Shown piece after piece: positions 48,738 to 59,396 of a stretch of 64,000 nt of DNA. A program made the position numbers and the translations under genes. Numbering within the stretch: position 1 is the stretch's first letter; each line of letters opens with the position of its first letter. The notes below the pieces were generated by a model. The model was not told the origin of the DNA. It was given only the letters and a program-made list of their open reading frames with translations, and searched no databases. This DNA is from an uncultured Actinomycetes bacterium (GTDB lineage: Bacteria > Actinomycetota > UBA4738 > HRBIN12), in NCBI GenBank assembly GCA_963762075.1, contig CAVXJC010000006.1, positions 503,943-567,942 of the forward strand, written 5' to 3'.

Positions 48738-49490
48738 TCAGGCTGTGGCCTTCGTCGCTCGGATGTTCGCTCCGTAGATCTCCTCGGCGAGTTCGTGGGT
48801 CACGTCGATGCCGACATCTGTGAACCCCGCGCGCATCAGGCCCTCGGAGTACTCAGACATCGTCAGCGCCCCAGCGATGCACCCGACGTAGCTCCCGCGT
48901 GTGGCGCGTTCGGCTTCGCTCAGACCGTCTGCCGCAACGACGTCGCTGACGCCGACTCGTCCACCGGGACGCAACACTCTGAAGATCTCCTCGAGCACCC
49001 TCGTCTTGTCGGTCGACAGATTGATCACGCAGTTGGAGATGACGACGTCGACGGATGCATCCGGGAGAGGGATGTCTTCGATGTAGCCCTTCAGGAACTC
49101 GACGTTCGTCGCTTCGGCCTTCGCAGCGTTCGCCTTGGCCAGCGCGAGCATCTCGTCAGTCATGTCGAGGCCGTATGCCTTGCCGTCCGGGCCAACCCGC
49201 GTCGCCGAAAGGAGGACGTCGATCCCGCCTCCCGAGCCGAGGTCGAGGACGGTCTCGCCCTCATGCAGGTCAGCGACCATCGTCGGGTTGCCACATCCAA
49301 GGCTCGCGAGGACGGCGTCATCAGGCAATCCTGCCCTTTGGGTCCGGTCGTACAGCACGTGGCCCAAGCCCTTGCCGGGCTCGAAACATCCCGCTTCATC
49401 CTCATCCCAGTCGTTCGCTGCAAAGCCGTCCTCCACCGCCTTCGCGGCAACGGCGTAGCGATCCCGGACACGCTCCCGAAGCTCGCTCAT
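48738..49490 (-). CDS. arsM: Arsenite S-adenosylmethionine methyltransferase
   Basis: SAM motif [12 protein letters not shown] and conserved Cys residues; start overlaps the arsR stop. Confidence 0.8.
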   Translation of the reverse strand: MSELRERVRDRYAVAAKAVEDGFAANDWDEDEAGCFEPGKGLGHVLYDRTQRAGLPDDAVLASLGCGNPTMVADLHEGETVLDLGSGGGIDVLLSATRVGPDGKAYGLDMTDEMLALAKANAAKAEATNVEFLKGYIEDIPLPDASVDVVISNCVINLSTDKTRVLEEIFRVLRPGGRVGVSDVVAADGLSEAERATRGSYVGCIAGALTMSEYSEGLMRAGFTDVGIDVTHELAEEIYGANIRATKATA

Positions 49491-49855
49491 CCTGCCTTCC
49501 TCCCTCTCGATGGCTCGATCGGCTCCGCGAGCGCCGATCGGAGGAGCTCGATCGGCTCGGGCTGGAGCCAGTAGAAGACCCACCGGCCGCGTTGCTCCCG
49601 ACCCAGGAGACCAGCCTCCGTCAGCACCTTCAGGTGATGGCTCACGGTCGGTTGTGACAACCCGATCGGGGCCGTGAGATCGCAGACACACGCCTCACCA
49701 TTCGGGTTCGCGCCTATCAAGCTCAACAAGCGCAGCCGCGCCGGGTCCGCGAGGACCCGCAGAGCCGCCGCGAGTCGGTCGGCCTCGTCCTCACCCAGGG
49801 GAGCGGCGAGGACTTGGGGGCAACATTCGGCATCGATGACGGCGATCTCTCTCAT
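49487..49855 (-). CDS. arsR: ArsR/SmtB family metalloregulator
   Basis: HTH LLSLIGANPNGEACVCDLTAPIGLSQPTVSHHLKVL with a CVC metal site. Confidence 0.9.
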   Translation of the reverse strand: MREIAVIDAECCPQVLAAPLGEDEADRLAAALRVLADPARLRLLSLIGANPNGEACVCDLTAPIGLSQPTVSHHLKVLTEAGLLGREQRGRWVFYWLQPEPIELLRSALAEPIEPSRGRKAG

Positions 49856-49863
49856 GGGAATAT

Positions 49864-49908
49864 ATTGACGGCAGTCGATTCATCTGTCAACGTATCGACG
49901 CCCATCGA
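49864..49908. promoter_or_regulatory. Putative ArsR operator / promoter region of the arsRMC operon
   Basis: Imperfect inverted repeat TTGACGG-N12-CTGTCAA (49864-49889) and palindrome ATCGA-N6-TCGAT (49893-49908), immediately upstream of the arsR start in a locally AT-richer stretch. Confidence 0.5.
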
Positions 49909-50132
49909 TTACTCGAAAGGAGGGGTGCTTGATGAACGAGCCGTGCTGCCCCGAGGATTGTTGCCCGTCGGGCTGCTGCTGACGCCGGCGAAGGGGAGGG
50001 GCCCGTCGAGCCCCTCCCCGTTCAGCCCTCCCGGCTCGCCTGGTTCTCCTCTCAACCTCATCCACCGCCTCCCACCAGACCGGGAGCGGATGGGAATGGC
50101 TGGCTCGACCACACCGTCACCAGGGGTTAACG

Positions 50133-50555
50133 TTGCCCATGACCTCTACGGTGAAGGGGAGCGGGACATCGGACGATCCCTGGGTTCTGCAGACGCCGAG
50201 CCTTCAGGGCGAGTTCCAGATGGTCCGGGATCCCGATGCTGATCCTCCGGCGCTCGTGTGCACCGTGGGCTCGACTGAGCTCCGGTACCACCTTCGAGCG
50301 ATCGAGGATCTGCGCACGATGCTCGTCGAGCGTGGCGACTGGGTGCCGCTCGGTAGTGCCGATGAGCAGAAGCCCGCGAAGGAAGGCACCGTCGAGGCGT
50401 GGGCACGCGACCCCGACAATCCGGTCGGCGGGTGGTACGGACTCAAGAAGGGCCTTCGCGGTCGATTCGGGAACTACGTGCCGCCGGTGCTCGAGGTGAT
50501 GGGGCTCGCCGAGGTGGAGCACAACGCTCGCAACAACCGCATGCGATCCCTCTGA
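50133..50555 (+). CDS. Hypothetical protein, divergent from arsR
   Basis: 140-aa ORF with protein-like composition; no known motif recognised. Confidence 0.45.
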   Translation: MPMTSTVKGSGTSDDPWVLQTPSLQGEFQMVRDPDADPPALVCTVGSTELRYHLRAIEDLRTMLVERGDWVPLGSADEQKPAKEGTVEAWARDPDNPVGGWYGLKKGLRGRFGNYVPPVLEVMGLAEVEHNARNNRMRSL

Positions 50556-50707
50556 TCCACACAGCCGGCTGGTGGGACGGCCACCTTGACCTGCCGAACA
50601 CGTACGCCCCTGCATCGTTGGGTGTGCGCTCACCTGCACCCCCGTGGGCTTAGGCCCCGGTCGGCGCCCGACTGACGGTTACGGCGTGTCGTGCCAGGCT
50701 GTCCGGC

Positions 50708-51172
50708 ATGACGAAACTCGAGGCAGGAGACGCCGCTCCCACGTTCGCACTGAGCGACCAGCACGGCGAGACCGTTCGGCTCGAGGACTTCAAGGGACGG
50801 AAGCTGCTCGTCTACTTCTACCCGGAAGCCGACACCCCCGGATGCACCACGCAATCGTGCGACGTTCGCGACCATCGTCAAGAGTTCGCGCAGCTGGGCG
50901 TCGATGTCGTGGGCATATCTCCTGACCGGCCCGAGAAACAGCTCGCGTTCGACGAGAAGTTCTCGCTCGGCTTCCCGCTCCTCGCCGACACGGACCACTC
51001 CGTCGCCGAGGAATGGGGAACCTGGGGCGAAAAGAAGCTCTACGGCAAGACGTACATCGGCCTCACCCGATCGTCGTTCCTGATCGACGAGCGGGGCCGG
51101 GTGCAGGAGGCCTGGTACAGGGTGAAGGCGGACCAGACCGTGCCGAAGGCGAAGGACGCCCTCGCGGGCTGA
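50708..51172 (+). CDS. bcp: Thiol peroxidase Bcp (peroxiredoxin)
   Basis: FYPEADTPGCTTQSCDVRD peroxidatic and resolving Cys. Confidence 0.9.
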   Translation: MTKLEAGDAAPTFALSDQHGETVRLEDFKGRKLLVYFYPEADTPGCTTQSCDVRDHRQEFAQLGVDVVGISPDRPEKQLAFDEKFSLGFPLLADTDHSVAEEWGTWGEKKLYGKTYIGLTRSSFLIDERGRVQEAWYRVKADQTVPKAKDALAG

Positions 51173-51214
51173 CCGAGGGAACCCTCGAAGGCTCGATCGC
51201 GTCACCTCTCACGA

Positions 51215-52549
51215 ATGGTGATGCCACATCGGGCCCTCGGTGGCCCCCGAGGGGTCGTGTCGGTCTTCGCCCTGGTGCTCCTCGCGTCGGGCTGCGACGG
51301 CGGACCCTCCCGGCCGTCGGTCTCCGCGACGATCACGCCTTCGTCACCGAGGGCGTCCGCTCCTGCATCGTCTCCCACAACCGAACCCGACAGCCGCTCC
51401 GGCACGGTGTGGCCGATCAAGCATGTCGTGTTCCTGGTCAAGGAGAACCGAACCTTCGACAACCTCTTCGGCACGTTCCCGGGTGCCGACGGCGTCTCGT
51501 TCGGCTTCGACGACGGCAAGCGACGACCACTCACCCGGGGAACCGACGGAAGCATCGGCTCCGAGGACATCGCCCACTGCTACGAGTGCTCCCTTGCGGC
51601 ATGGAATCACGGTGAGATGGACGGGTTCAACCAGGACGCCACCACAGATCGGTGGGCCTACACGCAGCTCAGGCGGTCGCAGCTTCCGAACTACTGGCAC
51701 TGGGCCGAGAAGTTCGTCCTCGCGGATCGGTTCTTCTCCTCCGCCCAGGGGCCGTCGTTCCCGAACCACCTGTACACCATCGCGGCGCAGTCGGGTGGCG
51801 CACACGACAACCCCCGAAGGCATGGTGCCTTCCGCTCCAGCAACACGTTCGGATGCGACGCGCCCAAGGGGCAGACCGTGACGGTCGTCGACAGCGAAGG
51901 CAAGGAACGACAAGTACGGCCGTGCTTCGAGTTCCGGACCGAAGGCGACCTCTTGAACGACGCCGGCATCGATTGGGCGTACTACGCCGCCGAACCTGAC
52001 CAGCTCGGCTACATCTGGTCGGCCTACGCCGCGATCGGTCACATCCGGGAAACGCGCCAGTGGAAGGAGCACATCCTTCCTGTCGACCGCTTGATCGCTG
52101 ATATCGACAGGGATCGACTGCCCCCGATCACCTGGATCTCACCTCGGTACGAGGTCTCGGAGCATCCGCAGTTCAGCTTCTGCGCCGGCGAGAACTGGTC
52201 CACGCAGGTGATCAACGCCATCATGCGGAGCCCGATGTGGAAGAACACTGCCATCTTCGTGACGTGGGACGACTACGGCGGCTTCTACGATCACGTGGCG
52301 CCGCCGCAGGTCGACGACTTCGGGTTCGGCATACGGGTCCCCTTGCTCGTGATCTCGCCCTATGCGCTGAAGGGTGTGATCGATCATCGCCTCGGAGAGT
52401 TCTCGAGCGTGCTGCGGTTCATCGAGGACAACTGGCGGCTCGGACGGCTCACCGGGCGTGATCGGTCGGCGAAGAACCTCTCGTACGACTTCGATTTCAC
52501 ACAAGAGCCTCGGCCGCCCGATCCGTTGCCGCTTCGCACCGATTGCTAG
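51215..52549 (+). CDS. Phosphoesterase family protein (phospholipase C / AcpA acid-phosphatase-like), lipoprotein
   Basis: [17 protein letters not shown] motif; lipobox LLASGC. Confidence 0.75.
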   Translation: MVMPHRALGGPRGVVSVFALVLLASGCDGGPSRPSVSATITPSSPRASAPASSPTTEPDSRSGTVWPIKHVVFLVKENRTFDNLFGTFPGADGVSFGFDDGKRRPLTRGTDGSIGSEDIAHCYECSLAAWNHGEMDGFNQDATTDRWAYTQLRRSQLPNYWHWAEKFVLADRFFSSAQGPSFPNHLYTIAAQSGGAHDNPRRHGAFRSSNTFGCDAPKGQTVTVVDSEGKERQVRPCFEFRTEGDLLNDAGIDWAYYAAEPDQLGYIWSAYAAIGHIRETRQWKEHILPVDRLIADIDRDRLPPITWISPRYEVSEHPQFSFCAGENWSTQVINAIMRSPMWKNTAIFVTWDDYGGFYDHVAPPQVDDFGFGIRVPLLVISPYALKGVIDHRLGEFSSVLRFIEDNWRLGRLTGRDRSAKNLSYDFDFTQEPRPPDPLPLRTDC

Positions 52550-52572
52550 CCGGCAGATCGACATCGAGCCCG

Positions 52573-52661
52573 CGGAGACGGTGAGATTCGAACTCACGAG
52601 GGAGTGTTACCCCCCTAACCGCTTAGCAGGCGGCTCCTTTCGGCCTCTCAGGCACGTCTCC
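52573..52661 (-). tRNA. tRNA-Ser (anticodon GCT)
   Basis: Hand-folded: GGAGACG acceptor, long variable arm, anticodon loop CUGCUAA, T-loop AGTTCGAATCT. Confidence 0.8.
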
Positions 52662-52712
52662 GTCGATGATTCTAGCGGCGCTGCCTGTGGGCTCGCGGGT
52701 ACGCTTCGCGCG

Positions 52713-53894
52713 ATGCCCGACGTGGTGATCGTGGGAGGCGGCATCATCGGCGCCGCATGCTCGTACGAGCTGGCTTCGCGAGGCGCCTCGGTGACCCTGG
52801 TTGAACGTGACCACCTCGCGGCGCATGCGTCGGGCCGCAATCAAGGCCTGTGGGTGCTTCCCGACGACGACGTGAACATGCCGATGGCTCGCGCGAGTCT
52901 CGAGATGTACCAGCGCATCGCCACGGACTCGCCGCTCGACGTCCGGCTCGACGGAACGCCCGTGGGTACCGTGCTCGCCGCCATGGATGCCCGCGAGGTG
53001 CGGGTGGCAGAGGAAACCGTCGCCCGGGCTGAGAGGCACGGCTTCTCGGTCGACGACATCTCCGGGCCCGCCGACATCCGCGACGCCGAGCCAGGGCTCA
53101 CCCGCAACGTCGCCGGCGCCTGGCTCGTTCACAGCGGGTACCGGCTCGATCCCGGCGCGCTCACGGTCACGCTCGCGCTGGCAGCCGCCGAGCGCGGGGC
53201 GGACATACGCCACCACTCCAATGCTCGAGGCCTCACCCTCGCAGGCGACCGGGTCCGAGGTGTGGTGACCGACGACGGCATGATCGAGGCCGCCACCACG
53301 ATCGTGGCGGCCGGACCGTGGACGTCGCCGCTCCTGGAGCAGGCCGGCGTGCACCTCCCGATCATCGGCGCCCGCGGGTGGCTAGTCCGGGTCGCTCCCA
53401 TGAAGCAGCAACTGCTCACACATCTGGTCGAGGCGCCCGGGCCTCATGCTCGTCTGCGTGAGGGCGCGGCCCCCGCGTGGCCCTCATCGTCGGAGGTCAT
53501 CAGCGAGGGCGAGCCGCGCAGCGAGATCGGATCGCTGTTGCACCCGCATCGCGATGGACGGACCATCGTGATCGGGTCGACCCGCCAGATCTGGCTCTCT
53601 CCCGAGCCGCCCCAAGAGCAGATCGTGGGCCGGCTGCTCGCGGCGGCGACCGGGCTCGTGCCCGAGATCGCAGACGCCGCCGTGCAGTCGTCGTGGTGGG
53701 GCTTGCGGCCGCTCACGCCCGACGAGCGGCCCCTCGTCGGCGCCGTGCGCGAAGGTTTGCACGTGGCGACCGGTCACGGATCCGAAGGCGTGATCCTGGG
53801 TGCCGGCACTGCACAGCTCGTCGCCGCGCAGATCGCCGGCGAGCGGTCTCCCTTCGATCCTGTCCCCTTCGAACCTCTGCGCTTCGGCGAGTGA
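52713..53894 (+). CDS. FAD-dependent oxidoreductase (DAO / glycine-oxidase family)
   Basis: VVIVGGGIIGAACSYEL dinucleotide-binding motif. Confidence 0.75.
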   Translation: MPDVVIVGGGIIGAACSYELASRGASVTLVERDHLAAHASGRNQGLWVLPDDDVNMPMARASLEMYQRIATDSPLDVRLDGTPVGTVLAAMDAREVRVAEETVARAERHGFSVDDISGPADIRDAEPGLTRNVAGAWLVHSGYRLDPGALTVTLALAAAERGADIRHHSNARGLTLAGDRVRGVVTDDGMIEAATTIVAAGPWTSPLLEQAGVHLPIIGARGWLVRVAPMKQQLLTHLVEAPGPHARLREGAAPAWPSSSEVISEGEPRSEIGSLLHPHRDGRTIVIGSTRQIWLSPEPPQEQIVGRLLAAATGLVPEIADAAVQSSWWGLRPLTPDERPLVGAVREGLHVATGHGSEGVILGAGTAQLVAAQIAGERSPFDPVPFEPLRFGE

Positions 53895-53957
53895 CGGGCG
53901 GATCCGGCCGGGAGACACGCCGCAACATGCGGCGATACGATTCCGGACCTACCTGCC

Positions 53958-55241
53958 ATGGCCATCCTCACCCTCGGGGTTTCCTTCCGTCGAGCATCGA
54001 TCGAGCTGCTGGAGCGGCTCGCCTTCGCTGACGACGACTTGACCAAGGCCTATCGGGTCGCCGCCGACCTCGATGGCCTCGACGGGGCGGTCATCCTCTC
54101 GACCTGCAACCGGGTAGAGGTTTACGGAGACGTGGCGAGTTACCACTCGGGTTTCTTGGCGCTGAAGCGTCTGCTGACCGAGACGCGAGAGATCGCAGCC
54201 GAGGAGATCGCCGAGCCTCTCTACGCCCATTGGGAGCGAGATGCGGCCGATCACCTGTTCTCGGTCGGAGGGGGTCTCGACTCCATGGTGCTCGGCGAGA
54301 CGCAGATCCACGCGCAGGTGCGTGAGGCGTTACGGCGCGCCGGCGCAGAGGGCGCCGCGACCCCGGCGCTCACGGCGCTGTTCCACACCGCGGCGCGTGC
54401 CGGGCGCAGGGTTCGGCAGGAGACCTCGCTCGGAGCCGCGCCCGACACCTTCGTGTCACTCGGCGCCGACCTCGCAGACACGGCGGCGGGTGGCCTCGCC
54501 GAGCGCGACGTGGTCGTTGTCGGCGCCGGCGTCATGGCTGCGCTCGCGGTGAAGCATCTGCGCGGGCGCGGCATGCGCAGAGTGCGCATCCTGAACCGGT
54601 CGCTCGAGCACGCGCAAGCCCTCGCCAGCCGGACCGGCGCCGAGCACGGCGAGCTCGGCAGCCTGCCCGAGGCCTTGCGTCACGCCGATCTCGTGGTGAG
54701 TGCGACCGGCGCGGGGGGTCTGGTGATCCACCGTTCGGCCGTCGCCGATGCCTTGTCGGCTCGTCACGGACGTCCGCTGGTGCTGCTCGACCTCGCCGTG
54801 CCGCGCGATGTCGAGCCTGGGGCTGCCGATCTCCACGGCGCGAGCGTGATCGACATCGTCTCGATCCGCGAATGTCTGGCCGAGACCGATGCCACGACGG
54901 ATGCTGACATCGCCCGGGCCCACGAGATCGTGGCGGGCGAGACGCATCGATACATGATGCGCCGCCGTGGCGATGAGCTCGGCCCCCTGATCCGAGCGGT
55001 GCGTCGCCGTGGCGACGAGGTCGCGCGGTTAGAGATGCAGCGGCAGGCGTCGCGGCTCGCATCTCTCACCCCCGACGAGCGAGAGGCCGTCGAAGCCCTC
55101 GCGCGAGGCATCACCGCCAAGCTGTTGCACGACCCGATCGTCGAACTGAAGGAGCGCTCGGAGCCCGGAGTCGACGGGGGCCACGCTCGAGTGCTGGCGG
55201 AGTTGCTCGGCATCGACGAAGATACCGACCCTTCGTCGTGA
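53958..55241 (+). CDS. hemA: Glutamyl-tRNA reductase
   Basis: STCNRVEVY active-site Cys motif, NADPH-binding GAGVMA. Confidence 0.9.
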   Translation: MAILTLGVSFRRASIELLERLAFADDDLTKAYRVAADLDGLDGAVILSTCNRVEVYGDVASYHSGFLALKRLLTETREIAAEEIAEPLYAHWERDAADHLFSVGGGLDSMVLGETQIHAQVREALRRAGAEGAATPALTALFHTAARAGRRVRQETSLGAAPDTFVSLGADLADTAAGGLAERDVVVVGAGVMAALAVKHLRGRGMRRVRILNRSLEHAQALASRTGAEHGELGSLPEALRHADLVVSATGAGGLVIHRSAVADALSARHGRPLVLLDLAVPRDVEPGAADLHGASVIDIVSIRECLAETDATTDADIARAHEIVAGETHRYMMRRRGDELGPLIRAVRRRGDEVARLEMQRQASRLASLTPDEREAVEALARGITAKLLHDPIVELKERSEPGVDGGHARVLAELLGIDEDTDPSS

Positions 55242-56140
55242 GCGTGCTGCGCATCGGGACCCGTCGCTCGCCGCTCGCGCTCGCCCAAGCGGAGGAGATC
55301 CGCATCCGTTTGGAGGCGACCGGTGTGCTCGCCGACATCGTTCCCATGAGCACCTCGGGCGACGAGGGCGCTTCTGCGGTTGCTTCCCCACAGGGGCTCA
55401 AGGGGCTCTGGATCGACACGATCCTCGATGCGCTGGAGGCCGGCGACATCGACATCGCAGTGCATTCTGCCAAGGATCTTCCCGCTGAGGACGACGAGGG
55501 CTTCACGATCGCCGCTGTACCCGAACGCGAGGATCCGTCCGACGTGCTGGTGAGCCGCGATGCTGCCTCGCTGCCGCCGGGTGCGTTGATCGGCACGTCG
55601 AGCCTGCGGCGCCGAGCCCAACTCCTCGCCGGGTTCCCGGGGCTCGAAGTCGTCGACTTGCGTGGCAACGTACAGACGCGTCTTCGTAAGGTCGCCGAAG
55701 GTGAGGTCGATGCGGCGGTGCTGGCTGCCGCAGGCCTGCATCGTCTCGGACTCGAGCCCGAGCACGCCCGAGCGCTCCCCCTCGCGATGATGGTGCCCGC
55801 CCCCGGCCAGGGCTGCCTGGCCGTGCAGACTCGCGACGACGACGATGACGCCATGGCGGCCGTGGCGCCGCTCGATCATGCACCGAGCCACCGAGCTCTC
55901 GATGCCGAGAGGTCGCTGATGTGGCGGTTGGGCGGTGGGTGTGCGCTTCCTTTGGGGGCGCACGCGATCGTCGGTGTGGAATCGATCTCGCTCTCGGCCA
56001 TCGTTGCCACGCCCGACGGCACCACGGTGCTGCGGGCGGAGTCTGAAGGAGGAACCCCCGAAGACGCGGCCACTGCGGCGGCCAAGGAGCTGATCGACCA
56101 GGGAGCAGAGCGCATCCTCGACGAGGCCGAGGCCGGTTGA
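55238..56140 (+). CDS. hemC: Porphobilinogen deaminase (hydroxymethylbilane synthase)
   Basis: IGTRRSPLALAQA start and a C-terminal cofactor-binding Cys. Confidence 0.9.
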   Translation: MSVLRIGTRRSPLALAQAEEIRIRLEATGVLADIVPMSTSGDEGASAVASPQGLKGLWIDTILDALEAGDIDIAVHSAKDLPAEDDEGFTIAAVPEREDPSDVLVSRDAASLPPGALIGTSSLRRRAQLLAGFPGLEVVDLRGNVQTRLRKVAEGEVDAAVLAAAGLHRLGLEPEHARALPLAMMVPAPGQGCLAVQTRDDDDDAMAAVAPLDHAPSHRALDAERSLMWRLGGGCALPLGAHAIVGVESISLSAIVATPDGTTVLRAESEGGTPEDAATAAAKELIDQGAERILDEAEAG

Positions 56141-56886
56141 GCAGGCCGCTTCAGGGTCGGACGGTGCTCGTCACCAGGCCGGCCGACCAGTCGGCCTGGC
56201 TCGCGGCTGCGCTGCGACGCCGCGGTGCCCGCCCCATCGTCGCTCCCGCGATCGAGATCGTGCCGGCGCGATCGGCCGCGCTGACAGCGGCCCTTCACGA
56301 GCTCGAGACCGGCGCGTTCACGTGGCTCACACTGACCAGCCGGGCTACCGTCGCGATGCTTGCTGACCGCCTCGACGGGCCGCGGGCGGTGGGCACAACG
56401 AAGGTCGCCGCGATTGGTGGCGGCACGGCGAGGGAGTTCCGCCGGTGGGCCCGTCGGGACCCAGATCTCGTCCCGACCACGTTCACGACCGCGGGACTTG
56501 GCCGGGCCTTCCCCCGCGGTGTCGGGCGGGTGCTTTGCGCGCGCGCCGACATCGCACCCGACGGGCTCGAGGTCGCCCTTGAGAAGAAGGGATGGTCACC
56601 GACCCGCGTCGACGCCTACCGCACCCGCATGCCCCGGTCCCTGCCGGTCGAAGCCCGCGAGGCGCTGCGATCGGGCGTCGTCGACGCCGTCACGTTCACG
56701 AGCGCGTCGACCGTGCGCGGGTTCGTGGGCGCGCTCGGAACCGTGAAGGGGTCTCCGAAAGTCGTCTGCATCGGGCCTGTGACGGCGAAGGAAGCACGCG
56801 CCCACGGATTCATCGTGCACGCCGTGGCCACTCCGCACACGGTCGATGGACTGGTCGAGGCACTCGAGCGAGTGCTGACGCCCTGA
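56137..56886 (+). CDS. hemD: Uroporphyrinogen-III synthase (standalone)
   Basis: HemD-like fold and operon position between hemC and hemB. Confidence 0.7.
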   Translation: MSRPLQGRTVLVTRPADQSAWLAAALRRRGARPIVAPAIEIVPARSAALTAALHELETGAFTWLTLTSRATVAMLADRLDGPRAVGTTKVAAIGGGTAREFRRWARRDPDLVPTTFTTAGLGRAFPRGVGRVLCARADIAPDGLEVALEKKGWSPTRVDAYRTRMPRSLPVEAREALRSGVVDAVTFTSASTVRGFVGALGTVKGSPKVVCIGPVTAKEARAHGFIVHAVATPHTVDGLVEALERVLTP

Positions 56887-56929
56887 ACGTCGTTGGCGTG
56901 ACGGGCCCCGCCGCCGCTACGCTGCAACG

Positions 56930-57916
56930 ATGAGCTTCCCCGAGCAGCGGTTCCGGCGCCTGCGCCGTACCCCGGCGATGAGAGCGTTGGTCCGTGAGAC
57001 CAGGCTGCACGCCGACGACCTGATCATGCCGCTGTTCTGCAAGCAGGGGATGGACGGGCCGGTGGCCATCTCGTCGATGCCGGGACAGTTCCAGCATTCG
57101 CTGGAGTCGTTGCGGAAGGAAGCCGTCGAGACCGCCGAGACCGGAGTACGAGCGTTCATGCTCTTCGGGGTGCCGACCACCAAGGACCCCGAAGGGTCCG
57201 AGGCGTGGAATCCCAGTGGCATCGCGCAGCTCGCGATCTCCGCCCTGCGAGTGGAATTCGGTGACGACGCGGTCGTCATGAGCGACCTCTGCCTCGACGA
57301 GTACACCGACCACGGACACTGTGGCGTGCTGAACGACCGGGGTGAAGTCGACAACGACGCCACCCTCGAGCGGTATCAGCGCATCGCCATCGCACAGGCC
57401 GAGGCCGGCGCTCATATCGTCGGGCCCAGCGGCATGATGGACGGACAGGTCGCCGCGATCCGCCGGGCGCTCGACGACGGCGAGAGACACGATGTCGCGA
57501 TCTTGGCGTATGCGGCGAAGTTCGCGAGCGCCCTCTACGGTCCGTTCCGGGAGGCGGCCGAAGGCGCGCCACAGTTCGGCGACCGCACGGGCTACCAACA
57601 GGACCCCTCCAACGCCGCCGAGGCGATGCGCGAGATCCGAGCAGACATCGACGAGGGCGCCGACATCGTGATGGTGAAGCCGGCGCTGCCGTACCTCGAC
57701 ATCGTGCACAGGGCGAAGGCCGAGACAGGCTTTCCGATCGCTGCCTACCAGGTCAGCGGGGAGTACGCGATGTTGAAGGCGGCGGCGACCAACGGCTGGC
57801 TCGACGAACGGCGCAGTGTGCTCGAGACGCTCACGTCGATCCGCCGGGCGGGCGCGGACATGATCCTCACCTACCACGCGAAAGAGGCGGCCGGCTGGCT
57901 CGGGGAGAACCGCTGA
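56930..57916 (+). CDS. hemB: Porphobilinogen synthase (delta-aminolevulinate dehydratase)
   Basis: Active-site Lys regions (VMVKPALPYLDIV). Confidence 0.9.
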   Translation: MSFPEQRFRRLRRTPAMRALVRETRLHADDLIMPLFCKQGMDGPVAISSMPGQFQHSLESLRKEAVETAETGVRAFMLFGVPTTKDPEGSEAWNPSGIAQLAISALRVEFGDDAVVMSDLCLDEYTDHGHCGVLNDRGEVDNDATLERYQRIAIAQAEAGAHIVGPSGMMDGQVAAIRRALDDGERHDVAILAYAAKFASALYGPFREAAEGAPQFGDRTGYQQDPSNAAEAMREIRADIDEGADIVMVKPALPYLDIVHRAKAETGFPIAAYQVSGEYAMLKAAATNGWLDERRSVLETLTSIRRAGADMILTYHAKEAAGWLGENR

Positions 57917-58033
57917 CCGAGCGCTACGACGTCGTGGGTGTTCGCCTCCCCCGCGAGGTGCGAATTCGTTGCACGCACAGGAAGCGCCGATCAGACCTCA
58001 TACCGGCGCGGCTACCATTTGCGCGTGGATCCG

Positions 58034-59317
58034 GTGTCTCGTTCCGAGGAGCTGTTCGAACGCGCCCGCGCGGTCATCCCAGGCGGAGTGGACTCACCGG
58101 TTCGCGCCTTCGGAGCGGTCGGGGGCACACCGAGGTTCATCGATCGCGGTGAAGGTGCCTACCTGATCGACGCCGACGGCAACCGATACATCGACTTCGT
58201 GCAATCGTGGGGAGCCCTTCTGTTCGGTCATGCGCGCCGCGAGATCGTCGACGCAGCGAGAGCTGCGGCCGAGAGAGGAACGTCGTTCGGTGCGCCGACA
58301 CTCGGTGAGGTCGAGCTCGCTGAACGCATCGTCGACGCGGTGCCGGGTATCGATCGTGCGCGGCTGGTGAACAGCGGGACCGAGGCGGCGATGAGCGCAA
58401 TCCGGCTGGCGCGCGGCGCCACCGGTCGCGACCTGCTCGTGAAGTTCGACGGTTGCTACCACGGCCACTCCGACTCGCTGCTCGCCAAGGGGGGCGGCAG
58501 CGGGCTCGCGACCCTTGGGATCCCGTCATCACCGGGGGTGACCGAGGGTGCAGCGCGCGATACCCTCACCGCCCCGTTCAACGACCTCGACGCGGTCGCC
58601 GCACTGTTCGACGAGCGGGGCGGTGACATCGCGGTCGTGATGATCGAGCCCGTCGCAGCGAACATGGGCGTGGTGCCGCCTGAGACGGGGCTCCTCGAAG
58701 GGTTGCGTGCCCTTTGCGACCGTCATGGCGCATTGCTGGCGTTCGACGAGGTGATCACGGGCTTCCGAATCGCATACGGCGGAGCACAGTCGCGCTACGG
58801 CGTCACTCCGGACATCACGGTCCTCGGAAAGGTCATGGGTGGGGGCTTCCCGTGCGCGGCGTTCGGAGGTAAGGCCGAGATCATGTCGCACCTCGCCCCC
58901 GATGGGCCCGTGTACCAAGCCGGCACCCTGAGCGGGAACCCGGTGGCCGTCGCCGCCGGTATCGCAGCGCTCGACCTCGCCCGTGCGGCCGATCCCTACC
59001 CTGGACTCGAGACGACCGCCGACACGCTCATCGACGGCATCGAAGTCTCGCTCGGATCGGCCGGCCTGCCGGTCACCATCAATCGAGCGGGATCGATGTT
59101 CAGCCTGTTCTTCACAGAAGATGCCGGCGCCCCCGTCCGCGACTTCGCAGACGCGCGCGCCGCCGATCACGGTCGGTACGGGCGATTCTTCCATCACATG
59201 CTCGACCGTGGCGTGGCGCTGCCGCCGTCGGGGTACGAGATGTGGACCCTGGGCACGGCGCACGGCCCCGAGGAAACGGAGAGAACCCTCGAAGCCGTGG
59301 CGTCGTTCCGGGACTGA
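58034..59317 (+). CDS. hemL: Glutamate-1-semialdehyde 2,1-aminomutase
   Basis: SEELFERARAVIPGGVDSPVRAF, typical of HemL; GTG start chosen; the ORF extends to 57938. Confidence 0.9.
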   Translation: MSRSEELFERARAVIPGGVDSPVRAFGAVGGTPRFIDRGEGAYLIDADGNRYIDFVQSWGALLFGHARREIVDAARAAAERGTSFGAPTLGEVELAERIVDAVPGIDRARLVNSGTEAAMSAIRLARGATGRDLLVKFDGCYHGHSDSLLAKGGGSGLATLGIPSSPGVTEGAARDTLTAPFNDLDAVAALFDERGGDIAVVMIEPVAANMGVVPPETGLLEGLRALCDRHGALLAFDEVITGFRIAYGGAQSRYGVTPDITVLGKVMGGGFPCAAFGGKAEIMSHLAPDGPVYQAGTLSGNPVAVAAGIAALDLARAADPYPGLETTADTLIDGIEVSLGSAGLPVTINRAGSMFSLFFTEDAGAPVRDFADARAADHGRYGRFFHHMLDRGVALPPSGYEMWTLGTAHGPEETERTLEAVASFRD

Positions 59318-59396
59318 CGCGGCAGGTGGGCCGGTCCCGGAGCCGTCCCCGGCGCCGGACGGGCAGTCGGACGCCGGGGAGGTGTCGCGAGTCGAG

